Virus record (IMG/VR): IMGVR_UViG_3300027838_000002
Span: 18,980 to 82,979 of that record
Direction: 5' to 3' (one strand)
Source: a virus
Taxonomy: Duplodnaviria; Caudoviricetes
Length of the DNA: 64,000 nucleotides
The stretch's first letter is position 1. Each line of letters starts with the position of its first letter. Positions 55,376 through 64,000 of the stretch are shown here, piece by piece. The translations under genes and the position numbers were made by a program. Below the pieces are notes generated by a model, which was not told the DNA's origin, did not search any database, and saw only the letters and a list, made by a program, of their open reading frames with translations.

Positions 55376-57900
55376 GTCTGCCGGGTGAGGGGCTGGCCAT
55401 CATCATTTGGGCAATTGCCTGGTACGCCGCAGGGAGAAACAGGTAGCCCAGCTTCGGCAACTGGTTTACATTCACATATTTCGCCGGGGTGTGCCGGGCA
55501 GGTAGTAAGATCGTGATTGATATCTAATACCCATTGGCCAGTTGTTGCGGGTGGCGCCTGCGTCCAGATGTACGCACAGTTGCCAAGGCAGCCGACACAG
55601 TCACCGTCATTATCGCAAAGGTTTTCTGCTATGCCGTCGGTGCGCTCAACACACTTATTGTTACTGTCGCACTTCTTGTAGACAGTCGGAGTCCCGCCTG
55701 GGCACGGAACACCCGGGGATACACAATTGTCCTCGTTAGCAATGTCATGCGCGCTATCCATTACCGCTTCACATTCACCTGTGATATCGTTGCATTTCAA
55801 GTGTCGGCAGTCGTCGTGATCGTCAGCGGTACTGCAAAGGTCGAAGCCGATACCGTCTACAGGCACACAGAAACCGTTCACGCATGCCAGATACGTGTCG
55901 GTGCCGGTAGGAGAAACATTTTCCAGAGTAGGACACTCATCGGCAGTGGTGAATTGGAAGCACTGCTTAGTAGTAGTTTGCAATCCCACCGGAGCTTCCG
56001 TTGGATAATCTGGACAACAGCAAGCAGTAATATCGTCACTGCAGGAATCTCGGTGCAGATACCACTTCCCGCCGGTTGGACCACTTGGCCGGGCCTCGTC
56101 GCCCACCACCCACTTGTACTCGCAAGTCTGATCGGAACAGGTCGCTTCTCCTCCTCCAGCATTTTCACAGTCATCGGTACATTTGCATATGTCGATCGTG
56201 AATTCTTCAGTGGTAACATCGCCGTCGGTGACTAGGTCGGTGACGCCGCAATCATCCTTTTTCGTCGAGTATTTTTGCTTGGTGGTGGTGAGCTTGATTA
56301 TGCAGTCACTGCCGTTACTGCCACTTGTATCTTTTTCAAGCTTAACGTCTGTAACCGCGCTAAACGTATCAACAACAGTGAGCTGTTTTGGTTCACATGG
56401 CAGGGTTTCGTCGGGACCCGGTCCGGGTGCTGTTGGGCCGGGACCACAATCACAAGTATCGCCACAGCCATCCGCTTGATTGAGAAGTGGCGCCCATTGG
56501 GTGGTAGTATTATCCCAGTTCCAGATACAGGCGGTGTCACAATCGGCTGTCTTAGCCTCACCACAATCCAGCTTTTTACAGGGATCGCACTCCTCACACT
56601 CGACCGTGGTCGTGGTACCGAGGGTGGTAGCGCTGCAATCTTCCTGGGGAGGTAGTACAACCTCTGCGCCCTCATCACAACAATCACCGCCACCAGCTGG
56701 GGGCTGAAGCACCCACTCAAATACGCCGGGCGATGGTTCTTCACACTCGTATTCACATTCAGAGTTTGGTGTTTGCTCTTCCCCGCATTCCTGGGTGTCG
56801 GTTTGACCGGATGCTGTTGGCGCTGCATCGGGCTCAGGACAATCGCAGGCGTCTGGCTGGCATGGCGTATCCAGCGTCCACTTGAATACTGCCCCGCCAG
56901 GCTGGCCACCGGCAGTGTTGAAGACGCACGGTACCGTAGTTTGGTGCCCGTCGTCGCCACCAGTGGCAGGATCAACGCATTTTAATTTTTTAACTTCTCC
57001 ATCCTGTGTGCCGTCTCCTAGCGCGGCCAGGGCTTCGGCCTCGGTCCCGCAGCCGCATTTGGTACCAGCTGGACATGTACTCGTACCAGTGACCTGGTCC
57101 CAGCGCCCAGTTCCTGCTGCATCACCAATCCATTCCCAGTCGCAGGTACCAACATCGCACAGGGCAGGGAGGTCGGCTACCGGTACGCAACCGCCGCAGC
57201 TGGCGCCCGCCCCACAACCGCCAACTGGTAGGAGAGACCATTCACCTGGAGGGTCGTTCCACACATACGTGCAGTCACCGCAGCCGGGTTCGCAGGGAAC
57301 TTTTTTTATGGTACCAACTACATAGTTGGTATCAGTTGGCGCTGGGCCACATTGACAGTCAGCTATGCAGTTACTGGATAGAAGAACCCAAACGATGTCT
57401 GCGCCGGGCCCCGTTGGATCAATATCCAACACATACGTACATTCCTTATCACTGCATTTGCAGTCTGATTCGCACTGTGACTTCCACGTACAGTCGTCTT
57501 CACATTCAAACGACCCATCATCTCCATCGGCACCTTGTGGTCCCATTGGTCCCATGGGTCCTGTGGGCCCTATCGGCCCTATCGGCCCTATCGGCCCTAT
57601 CGGCCCTATCGGCCCTATCGGCCCTGTGGGCCCTTGCGGTCCGTCACTTGGACCTTGCGGACCAATTGGTCCTTGCGGACCTATAGGTCCCTGTGGGCCG
57701 CCAGCGGCTGCCTGTGGACCCTGCGGACCCTGCGGGCCAATTGGACCCGGCGCAGGTACTTCTATCTCCAGATCAGGGCAGTCGAAGATTGCCGGAGGCG
57801 CTTCCGGAACATCACAGTCCCCAATGAAATTGAGGCTGCTAAGCGACGAAAGCGACGAAAGGCCGGGGCATTTATCCGGATCGAAGATTGGCTCGGTCAT
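55351..57900 (-). CDS. Collagen-repeat, Cys-rich putative virion fibre protein
   Basis: About 22 Gly-Pro-X triplets followed by ~700 aa of Cys-rich modules. Confidence 0.75.
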   Translation of the reverse strand: MTEPIFDPDKCPGLSSLSSLSSLNFIGDCDVPEAPPAIFDCPDLEIEVPAPGPIGPQGPQGPQAAAGGPQGPIGPQGPIGPQGPSDGPQGPTGPIGPIGPIGPIGPIGPIGPTGPMGPMGPQGADGDDGSFECEDDCTWKSQCESDCKCSDKECTYVLDIDPTGPGADIVWVLLSSNCIADCQCGPAPTDTNYVVGTIKKVPCEPGCGDCTYVWNDPPGEWSLLPVGGCGAGASCGGCVPVADLPALCDVGTCDWEWIGDAAGTGRWDQVTGTSTCPAGTKCGCGTEAEALAALGDGTQDGEVKKLKCVDPATGGDDGHQTTVPCVFNTAGGQPGGAVFKWTLDTPCQPDACDCPEPDAAPTASGQTDTQECGEEQTPNSECEYECEEPSPGVFEWVLQPPAGGGDCCDEGAEVVLPPQEDCSATTLGTTTTVECEECDPCKKLDCGEAKTADCDTACIWNWDNTTTQWAPLLNQADGCGDTCDCGPGPTAPGPGPDETLPCEPKQLTVVDTFSAVTDVKLEKDTSGSNGSDCIIKLTTTKQKYSTKKDDCGVTDLVTDGDVTTEEFTIDICKCTDDCENAGGGEATCSDQTCEYKWVVGDEARPSGPTGGKWYLHRDSCSDDITACCCPDYPTEAPVGLQTTTKQCFQFTTADECPTLENVSPTGTDTYLACVNGFCVPVDGIGFDLCSTADDHDDCRHLKCNDITGECEAVMDSAHDIANEDNCVSPGVPCPGGTPTVYKKCDSNNKCVERTDGIAENLCDNDGDCVGCLGNCAYIWTQAPPATTGQWVLDINHDLTTCPAHPGEICECKPVAEAGLPVSPCGVPGNCPNDDGQPLTRQTCREKSSP
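57566..57619. repeat. 9-bp tandem repeat GGCCCTATC x6 (collagen GPI)
   Basis: Direct reading of the sequence. Confidence 0.9.
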
Positions 57901-57929
57901 TCGTCGAAGTCCATTTCAACGGTGCTAAC

Positions 57930-58601
57930 TCACCCAGCTTCGTTGGTAATCTTCGGCCAGTGATTCAGTGGGCATTGAAACGCACGACCACGCGCCTTGA
58001 GATGCAGTTGGCATCCACATTGCATACAACGATTACCCTGGCGCATCTTATCAGGGCAATCGTCACAGACTGCCAGGCGCTCTTCGTACTGCTCTTCCGT
58101 CACCGTCTTCATTCCATCGAAGACAAAGTCCTTCAGTGACCTGGCCAGGTTCCACGCCTGTCGCGCTACTGGGGGTGGTTTCGGGGATGCTTCGTCTACT
58201 TTTGTTGGGGTGACTGCTTGTTGGTCACCCGGAGCCATCATTACAGCAGCAAGCTGTGTTTCGGCTATCTTCACGAACTTGAGCGGGGTGGTGCAGTGAG
58301 GGCACTCCACCTTTGCGCCCTCAGCCTGCATGGGCGCAGACATGAGTACGCCGCACCCAGGTGCAGGGCAAACAAACTGACTGACTGGTGGCGCTTCCTG
58401 TTCCATGGGCGTGCCACCCTCCGCGTCATAACCTGGCTGGCCCGGCCCTACGCCAGACTCCCATTTGTTAAACCATTCCTCCGACGTTTTGCACAAGTGG
58501 TGCATCGGAGGAGTCTTGGTTATTTTGTGCCGGACGCATTCGCCCGGTGCTTGGCAGTCACATGGCACTATGGTCAGTTTCCTATTCGCAGCAGCGGACA
58601 A
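57930..58601 (-). CDS. Cys-rich Zn-binding protein (DUF6171-like C-terminus)
   Basis: ERLAVCDDCP..RCMQCGC.L.LKA....CPL.HW; Zn ribbon CPAPGC..CPHC. Confidence 0.6.
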   Translation of the reverse strand: MSAAANRKLTIVPCDCQAPGECVRHKITKTPPMHHLCKTSEEWFNKWESGVGPGQPGYDAEGGTPMEQEAPPVSQFVCPAPGCGVLMSAPMQAEGAKVECPHCTTPLKFVKIAETQLAAVMMAPGDQQAVTPTKVDEASPKPPPVARQAWNLARSLKDFVFDGMKTVTEEQYEERLAVCDDCPDKMRQGNRCMQCGCQLHLKARGRAFQCPLNHWPKITNEAG

Positions 58602-61600
58602 TGTTGGCTCCGACGTTCGATGCGGGTGGAGTCGGCGGCCCGCACGCTCCGGTGCAATCGTTGGATGTTAGGGTGTAGCTGATGCCGGTCCACATGAAGC
58701 TGGCACATCCGCACGAACATGACACATCACACTCCAATGGATCGGCCAGCTCGGCACCAGTGGGCACGTCTTCGTCGGAGGCGACGCCGACCGGAGAAAT
58801 TGTTACCCCGCCACCAGCCGTGGTACCACCAGGTATGGCTTCCCCGGATCCTACACTAGGCGGCGCAATAGACAAGCCGCCGCCACTAGGTATGGGCACC
58901 CAAGTGGATCCAAAGTCTTCCGCAGAATCGACGCCAGCGGGCGAGATAGTTAAGCCGTCCGGCGGGACGCTGCAGTCTGTGTACGTGACCTGCGGCGTGC
59001 CTGTCGGGGTATCAGAGCCATTTACTGTTGGGGCTGAAGTTACACCTTGCAGGCCACTGGCAGTACAGCATGGCGTAGCAAGTCGCCAGTTACCACCGGT
59101 TAAAGTAACAGCAGCAAGTGGTCCGTGATCCGCGCCAGTCAGCGGCGGCGGCTCCCAAATCCACTTAGCGGGCAAGTAATCCTGCGAGGGACAACCAGGA
59201 CCACTGATAGCGGCGGTAGCCGTGGCACCAGCGCCGTCGCCTCCTGATATGGTGATGATAGGCGCGGTCGCATAACCGGAGCCGCCGTCAAGAAGAGTAA
59301 TTGCAACAACACTACCGTTGTAAATAATGGCTGCCGCTGCAGAGCACCTTCCGTGGCCGTCTTCTACTGTTACCTTGGGTGCGTGTGTGTAACCAGAGCC
59401 GCCAGCGGTAAGTGACAACGCGTTAACGCCCCCGCCAATAGTTGAGACGTTGCTGGAGTCTTCCGGCTGCTGAATTAATCCTGATTGTACAAGGTCAATG
59501 ATATACGACTCGGTGCGCTCGTTACCTGCCCAGCGCGCGTTGTAGTTCTTAGCACTCTCATTTCCTGCGCAGTCCGGGAAACACACCCCGTCGTTTGCGT
59601 TACACGGGGTGGCCAACCCACTCCATGTGCTGGAAACAAGCAACTTGGTTCCATCGGGATGCACCTGGATACGCGGTGATGTATCGTAGAACGTGTTGGT
59701 GGCAGTACGGTGATGCGCGATGCGGACCATCCCGACGTTCGGATTGTCCAGGTTAAACGCGACAATTTCGCCAGCGAACAGGCCGCCCTCGCCGAGTTTA
59801 ACCCCGGAAGGAAGATCCGGATCAGTTATGACACCGGCAGCGTCATCAGGGTCAGTAATTTTCTGGCGATAAGCTGACCCATATGACACGTATACATAGG
59901 CAGCGTTGCTGATAACCGCTGCCGGATGATCTCCCGGAGGAGCTACCGCGTAGGACGGATATGCCGAGTATTGGTCCGTCTTGTTATGCGACCGGGGACC
60001 ACCAGGGTTATCCAGTGATCGCATGGAGTTTTCTGATGTGACCCAAATACCGGTGCCGCTGGTGTACGCGGCGTTTCCAGTTGAGCCGTCCAATTCAAAA
60101 GTATCAGCGGTAATATTTGCAACGGTATGCGTGCCGTTGGCGTTGGTATTGCCCCCAACCGCGCTGACGATGATTTCTTGCCCATTCGCCAGGCCATGAG
60201 CAGTAGAGGTGATAACAATAGGCGACGCATTGGTTACCGCGGTAATTGGTGAGAGAGTGGGATGCGAATACTTGCTTGCAGATATTGTTGTTAAATCTGC
60301 GGCAATCATACGACCAATCCACCCACATGGATTGTCAACAGTTACCAGGCCCCATTTATCAACAGCACCGTCGGTACCGGAAATACTGTAACCGGTATCC
60401 ACCTCGGCCAATGATTTACCGTGTACGGTTGCTAGATCTCCTCGGTTGGAATCTGGCGTACCGCCTATGAAGAATTCATTTGGCTTCTGAATGGTGTCAC
60501 CAAAGTGTGACTGTGCGGTAGTCGCTTTGGAGCACGCGAATGACGGGTGCTGGAAATCGATAATCGGGAAGTGCCCGTGATTGAGCGACCCGTTTGCGAC
60601 ATCCGTGTTTCCATCAGCCATTGACACCGACGCTGAGTTCGTCGGCGATGTGTTCACTGGCGTAATATTGAATTCGGTCCCGTACAGAGTTGCACCAACT
60701 TCAGCAGATCCCTGGTCAGCGGGATCTGTTGTGTACGCCAGCATGTCTACTTCAAAGAATCTCCAGCTGTCCTTTGAAGTTGCGCCGCTGAAGACACCAT
60801 CCTGGTACCGCACAGCGATATAGCGCCCATCTCGTGAGAACCGGACGGAGTTTGTGGATGCCCCGACGAAGACGCCATTCGACAGATACTGCTCACCTTC
60901 CGTGCTCAGCACCTGGCCAGATGTTTGATGTGAAGCCCATCCAGCGCCGTACGTGGAGTTACCGGTTAGGTTGATCGCAGCGACCACGGGCCCCGGTGTG
61001 GTAGTCGTGGCTGCGTCGTAATCCATGTTGACGATGTATAGCCATGGCTCGATGCCCTGTATTGCTTGACCATGTTTCTCCGGCTTATGCGCAGATTGAT
61101 TACCAACTATGTAGTCGGGGTTTTGAGTGGCGGTGAGATCCGTAAGTTTGGTGGCATTGGAAGTATCATTTATCGTATGCCACCGGTTACCCATCATGGC
61201 GACGTACGTGTTTTCAGCCACGGTGACCTGCTGGTACCAGTCACCAGTGCCCCCTACATGGGTACCGGCATCAACGTCGACTTCAATCTCAAACGTATTG
61301 TCGGTGACGTCCGTGACCACCCAGGTGCCATTAGCTCCCGTTTGCCCCTCCACGTCGAAGATGACAACCGTATGTCCGATGGCAAGCCCGTGGCCTGACA
61401 CCGTGGTGACCGTCAGCGTGGTTGAGCCAGTGGTTACACTGGTTATCGCTCCTCCGTCGACAGGCGTGCAGGTCGCGCAAGTCCCGCGGCCACCGTGTTT
61501 GAACGTCAAACCGTCAGAAGCATTCTTGTACTTCGCGGGGAACGTCGGGGTAAGCTTCCCAGTCAGCATCGTAAAGAACGGTAGCTGGAACTCGCTTACG

Positions 61601-64000
61601 AACTGGTAGCCGGTCTTCGTTGTATCTCCCGAACTGGCTTTACCGGCATTCTGTTGGTTTTTGTAGTAGGTAACGAAGTTCCTGTTGTCTACAACGTTAT
61701 AGGCATGTTGGCGAGTAGCCGGGTTCATACTCCAGAAGTTGTTGGCGCCATCCAGGAGCGTTATCATCAATGGCTCATACGCGTCACCAAGCGGGCGTTG
61801 CTTGCTAGCCTGCCAGGCAGGCGCACTCGTTTCAATCAGTGTCTTGCCGCTTACACGATCACTGGCGGCCACGCCATTGGAGAACTTGGCGCCGCCGTCA
61901 TAAATCACGAAGCGATGAGTTCCGGAACCACAGTCCGGGTCCGCTCCAGAGGGACATCCTGCAGAATATCCAATGCCGTAGTTGTAATCCCACGGGTGCC
62001 GCCGAGCACCCGGCTCCCACCACACGTTGGTGTCACGAAGTTGCAGCAGCGTGCCGTCCACATTCCAGGCTAATTGCACTGGATACATCTGCTGAACTCT
62101 GTCTGTTACGTGATACGTTTTTTGTTCCGGGGCCCATGCTTTGTACAACTCCCACGGATTCAGAGCTTGCCCGCCTTCCGAAACCGGCCCAGTGTGCGAA
62201 GTACCGCATGGGGCACGGGCACCGACCTTACATTCCTGATCCGGCGTAATTCGACGAATATCCGACTTGAAAATTGGATCGTTTACTCCGTGTTGGTGCG
62301 CTGGCCGAGTGGTGTCCGAAATCTGGTCGCAAGTTAAGTACCCCCAGTTGCCGGTACCGTTTGCAATCTGATTAGTGATAGTCAGGTCAGCAAGGGTCAC
62401 CTGTACACCAGCAGTGCCAGATGTGAGCCCGCATACACCAGGATCTGGATCAGGGTCTGGATCAGGGGGACATTCATCATCGAAGTCAGGGTCGCATGGT
62501 GGATCATTTGGATCAGTTGGATCCGGGCATGTGCCGGTCACGCCGCACGTTTCATACGCGGCTACCAGTGCACAGCGGTCTGTAAGTGATCCCGCGATCC
62601 CGTCAGGAAATCTCAACTCAAACGTAGTGCTGGTCCCGGCACTGGTGAACATCAACGCAGTTGAATCACCTTCTGCGTGGCGTAATCCAAATGCATGTCC
62701 AAGTTCGTGGGCGGCAACGTACTTGATACTGTACGCGTCACCTTCTCCCCCCAAATCCGTACGCCAGTTTTCATTTTGATCAAAGAACAGGTCCCCGCGG
62801 ATACTCCCGCATGAATTACAATCACCCTGACTATTGTCCCTGGTTCCATCGCCGCTACCTTCCTGCCCTGGTAATAGGCAGTATGCAAGTGATGCGCCTT
62901 GTTCAGGCTCGCCGTCGTCATCAAGGAATGGATACATGCCAATACGAATATCGCCTACGCGATGCGTGCCTGGGACTGCGTAGAAGTTTTCGGACACGCA
63001 ATTCCACCAATCTATCGCACCGTGATCTTCTAAGCCCAGGTTCTCAATGTTTAGCGTAAGATCCGGGAACACTGTCTCAAAAAACGTCTTCCACTCATCA
63101 AGCGCGGCCACTACCTCGGCCATAAACTGAACATTGGTAACCGTAGGAGATGTACCCGTGTCGTATCCCCCGTAGTCCCTGAGCTCTGCTGCCTCCGTTG
63201 GCCCACCGTCCCCAGGCCCGCTGCAGTCTGGACATTCCTGGCTCTTACATACATGTATTTCTGTACCTTCCCGAATGAAACTTACAAGAAAAGTAACTTC
63301 CTGCGGACCGCAACCGGCGTCAATGTCAGCTATAGCATCACATAGAGGTGCCCACGTGCGGTCTGTTGGAAGGAAGAGGGGCGTAGCGGGGCACGCAGCG
63401 GGATCAGAGGTATCCACACGACACTCGACCGTCGACTGTTGTCCGTCGCTTATGCCGTCCGTGGTTGGAGGGTCGCATACGCATTCACCTGGGCACGGTG
63501 TCGTCAAGTGCCAGGCATCGCAGTCAATCGCCTGGCCGCTACTCGTTTGGATAAGAACGGGGTACGCTGTCAGTGCGATGTTACTGGTGGATGCGATGGT
63601 GACATCGGGAATGTCGTCGTCGATCTCCGTGAGCACGTGTGTCAACGTAACTGAGCCAATACCCAATTCCGTGCTCAGGTCAAGCGACTTAACCGTGGCG
63701 TTCTGCGACCAGGCTATGTAGATCGGGTCTAGTTGAGTACCACCGGCGAAGCTAGTAACCGTGCAATTCGACAGATTCTCGGTGATGCCGCTGTTGCCTG
63801 CGACACCGACGGTAGCTTGCGTCAGTGTTAGGGTTCCTGATCCGTTATCAACAACGGTGATTTTGCCGCCGTGGCCACCAGCGTGTTCAATGGCTAACTT
63901 CAACTTGTCCGCGCTATCTGCCGCGTCTACATCAGCTTTAAACTGATTAGAGCCTGATAAGAAGTCAGAGGATAGCCACGCCGTATACGTAACCGAAGTT
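58582..64000 (-). CDS. Very large virion/tail-fibre-like protein with a matrixin-type metalloprotease domain (partial; continues past the right edge)
   Basis: HELGHAFGLRH..ALM (metzincin motif with Met-turn); ITAVTNASPIVITSTAHGL beta repeats; GGSGY repeats; frame stays open to 64000. Confidence 0.75.
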   Translation of the reverse strand, partial: TSVTYTAWLSSDFLSGSNQFKADVDAADSADKLKLAIEHAGGHGGKITVVDNGSGTLTLTQATVGVAGNSGITENLSNCTVTSFAGGTQLDPIYIAWSQNATVKSLDLSTELGIGSVTLTHVLTEIDDDIPDVTIASTSNIALTAYPVLIQTSSGQAIDCDAWHLTTPCPGECVCDPPTTDGISDGQQSTVECRVDTSDPAACPATPLFLPTDRTWAPLCDAIADIDAGCGPQEVTFLVSFIREGTEIHVCKSQECPDCSGPGDGGPTEAAELRDYGGYDTGTSPTVTNVQFMAEVVAALDEWKTFFETVFPDLTLNIENLGLEDHGAIDWWNCVSENFYAVPGTHRVGDIRIGMYPFLDDDGEPEQGASLAYCLLPGQEGSGDGTRDNSQGDCNSCGSIRGDLFFDQNENWRTDLGGEGDAYSIKYVAAHELGHAFGLRHAEGDSTALMFTSAGTSTTFELRFPDGIAGSLTDRCALVAAYETCGVTGTCPDPTDPNDPPCDPDFDDECPPDPDPDPDPGVCGLTSGTAGVQVTLADLTITNQIANGTGNWGYLTCDQISDTTRPAHQHGVNDPIFKSDIRRITPDQECKVGARAPCGTSHTGPVSEGGQALNPWELYKAWAPEQKTYHVTDRVQQMYPVQLAWNVDGTLLQLRDTNVWWEPGARRHPWDYNYGIGYSAGCPSGADPDCGSGTHRFVIYDGGAKFSNGVAASDRVSGKTLIETSAPAWQASKQRPLGDAYEPLMITLLDGANNFWSMNPATRQHAYNVVDNRNFVTYYKNQQNAGKASSGDTTKTGYQFVSEFQLPFFTMLTGKLTPTFPAKYKNASDGLTFKHGGRGTCATCTPVDGGAITSVTTGSTTLTVTTVSGHGLAIGHTVVIFDVEGQTGANGTWVVTDVTDNTFEIEVDVDAGTHVGGTGDWYQQVTVAENTYVAMMGNRWHTINDTSNATKLTDLTATQNPDYIVGNQSAHKPEKHGQAIQGIEPWLYIVNMDYDAATTTTPGPVVAAINLTGNSTYGAGWASHQTSGQVLSTEGEQYLSNGVFVGASTNSVRFSRDGRYIAVRYQDGVFSGATSKDSWRFFEVDMLAYTTDPADQGSAEVGATLYGTEFNITPVNTSPTNSASVSMADGNTDVANGSLNHGHFPIIDFQHPSFACSKATTAQSHFGDTIQKPNEFFIGGTPDSNRGDLATVHGKSLAEVDTGYSISGTDGAVDKWGLVTVDNPCGWIGRMIAADLTTISASKYSHPTLSPITAVTNASPIVITSTAHGLANGQEIIVSAVGGNTNANGTHTVANITADTFELDGSTGNAAYTSGTGIWVTSENSMRSLDNPGGPRSHNKTDQYSAYPSYAVAPPGDHPAAVISNAAYVYVSYGSAYRQKITDPDDAAGVITDPDLPSGVKLGEGGLFAGEIVAFNLDNPNVGMVRIAHHRTATNTFYDTSPRIQVHPDGTKLLVSSTWSGLATPCNANDGVCFPDCAGNESAKNYNARWAGNERTESYIIDLVQSGLIQQPEDSSNVSTIGGGVNALSLTAGGSGYTHAPKVTVEDGHGRCSAAAAIIYNGSVVAITLLDGGSGYATAPIITISGGDGAGATATAAISGPGCPSQDYLPAKWIWEPPPLTGADHGPLAAVTLTGGNWRLATPCCTASGLQGVTSAPTVNGSDTPTGTPQVTYTDCSVPPDGLTISPAGVDSAEDFGSTWVPIPSGGGLSIAPPSVGSGEAIPGGTTAGGGVTISPVGVASDEDVPTGAELADPLECDVSCSCGCASFMWTGISYTLTSNDCTGACGPPTPPASNVGANIVRCCE

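Noticed and set aside
1-64000. Genome-wide stop-codon reassignment
   Set aside because: TAA, TGA and TAG all terminate coherent, tightly packed genes; only the sbcD-like junction is anomalous

Overview
This window is a 64-kb piece of a large dsDNA bacteriophage genome, coded almost entirely on the minus strand; the host may be a Planctomycetota member (inference). The left part is a replication/recombination cluster: RecA-like protein, putative SSB, UDG-fused PolA, primase, DnaB-like helicase, UvsW-like helicase and SbcC/SbcD. The middle carries accessory genes (HldE, two CsrA, dCMP deaminase, ParB-like, RNase H), a plus-strand terminase large subunit and a DUF3150/DUF2997/DUF1257/AAA module. 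The right end carries a GT9 glycosyltransferase and Cys-rich, collagen-containing virion-type proteins. The most striking signal is a dispersed TIGR-like (tandem interspaced guide RNA) system: 30 dual-spacer units with a strict 37-nt period (minus strand AACCA-N8-GCGAGTACCA-N8-GCGTG) spread over seven sites between 21.8 and 44.4 kb. Each site begins exactly at the TAA stop of an upstream gene, and two cargo ORFs sit inside split repeats. A nuclease-less IS110/Nop-domain (TasA-like) gene lies at 22477-23763. A second divergent Nop/IS110-like gene sits next to a stand-alone RAMP (Cas7-group-like) gene and a convergent small RNA at 12.1-13.7 kb. A ~600-nt structured non-coding region with a tRNA/tmRNA-like domain lies at 51.4-52.0 kb. 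All family assignments are from motif recognition by eye; no database searches were run.
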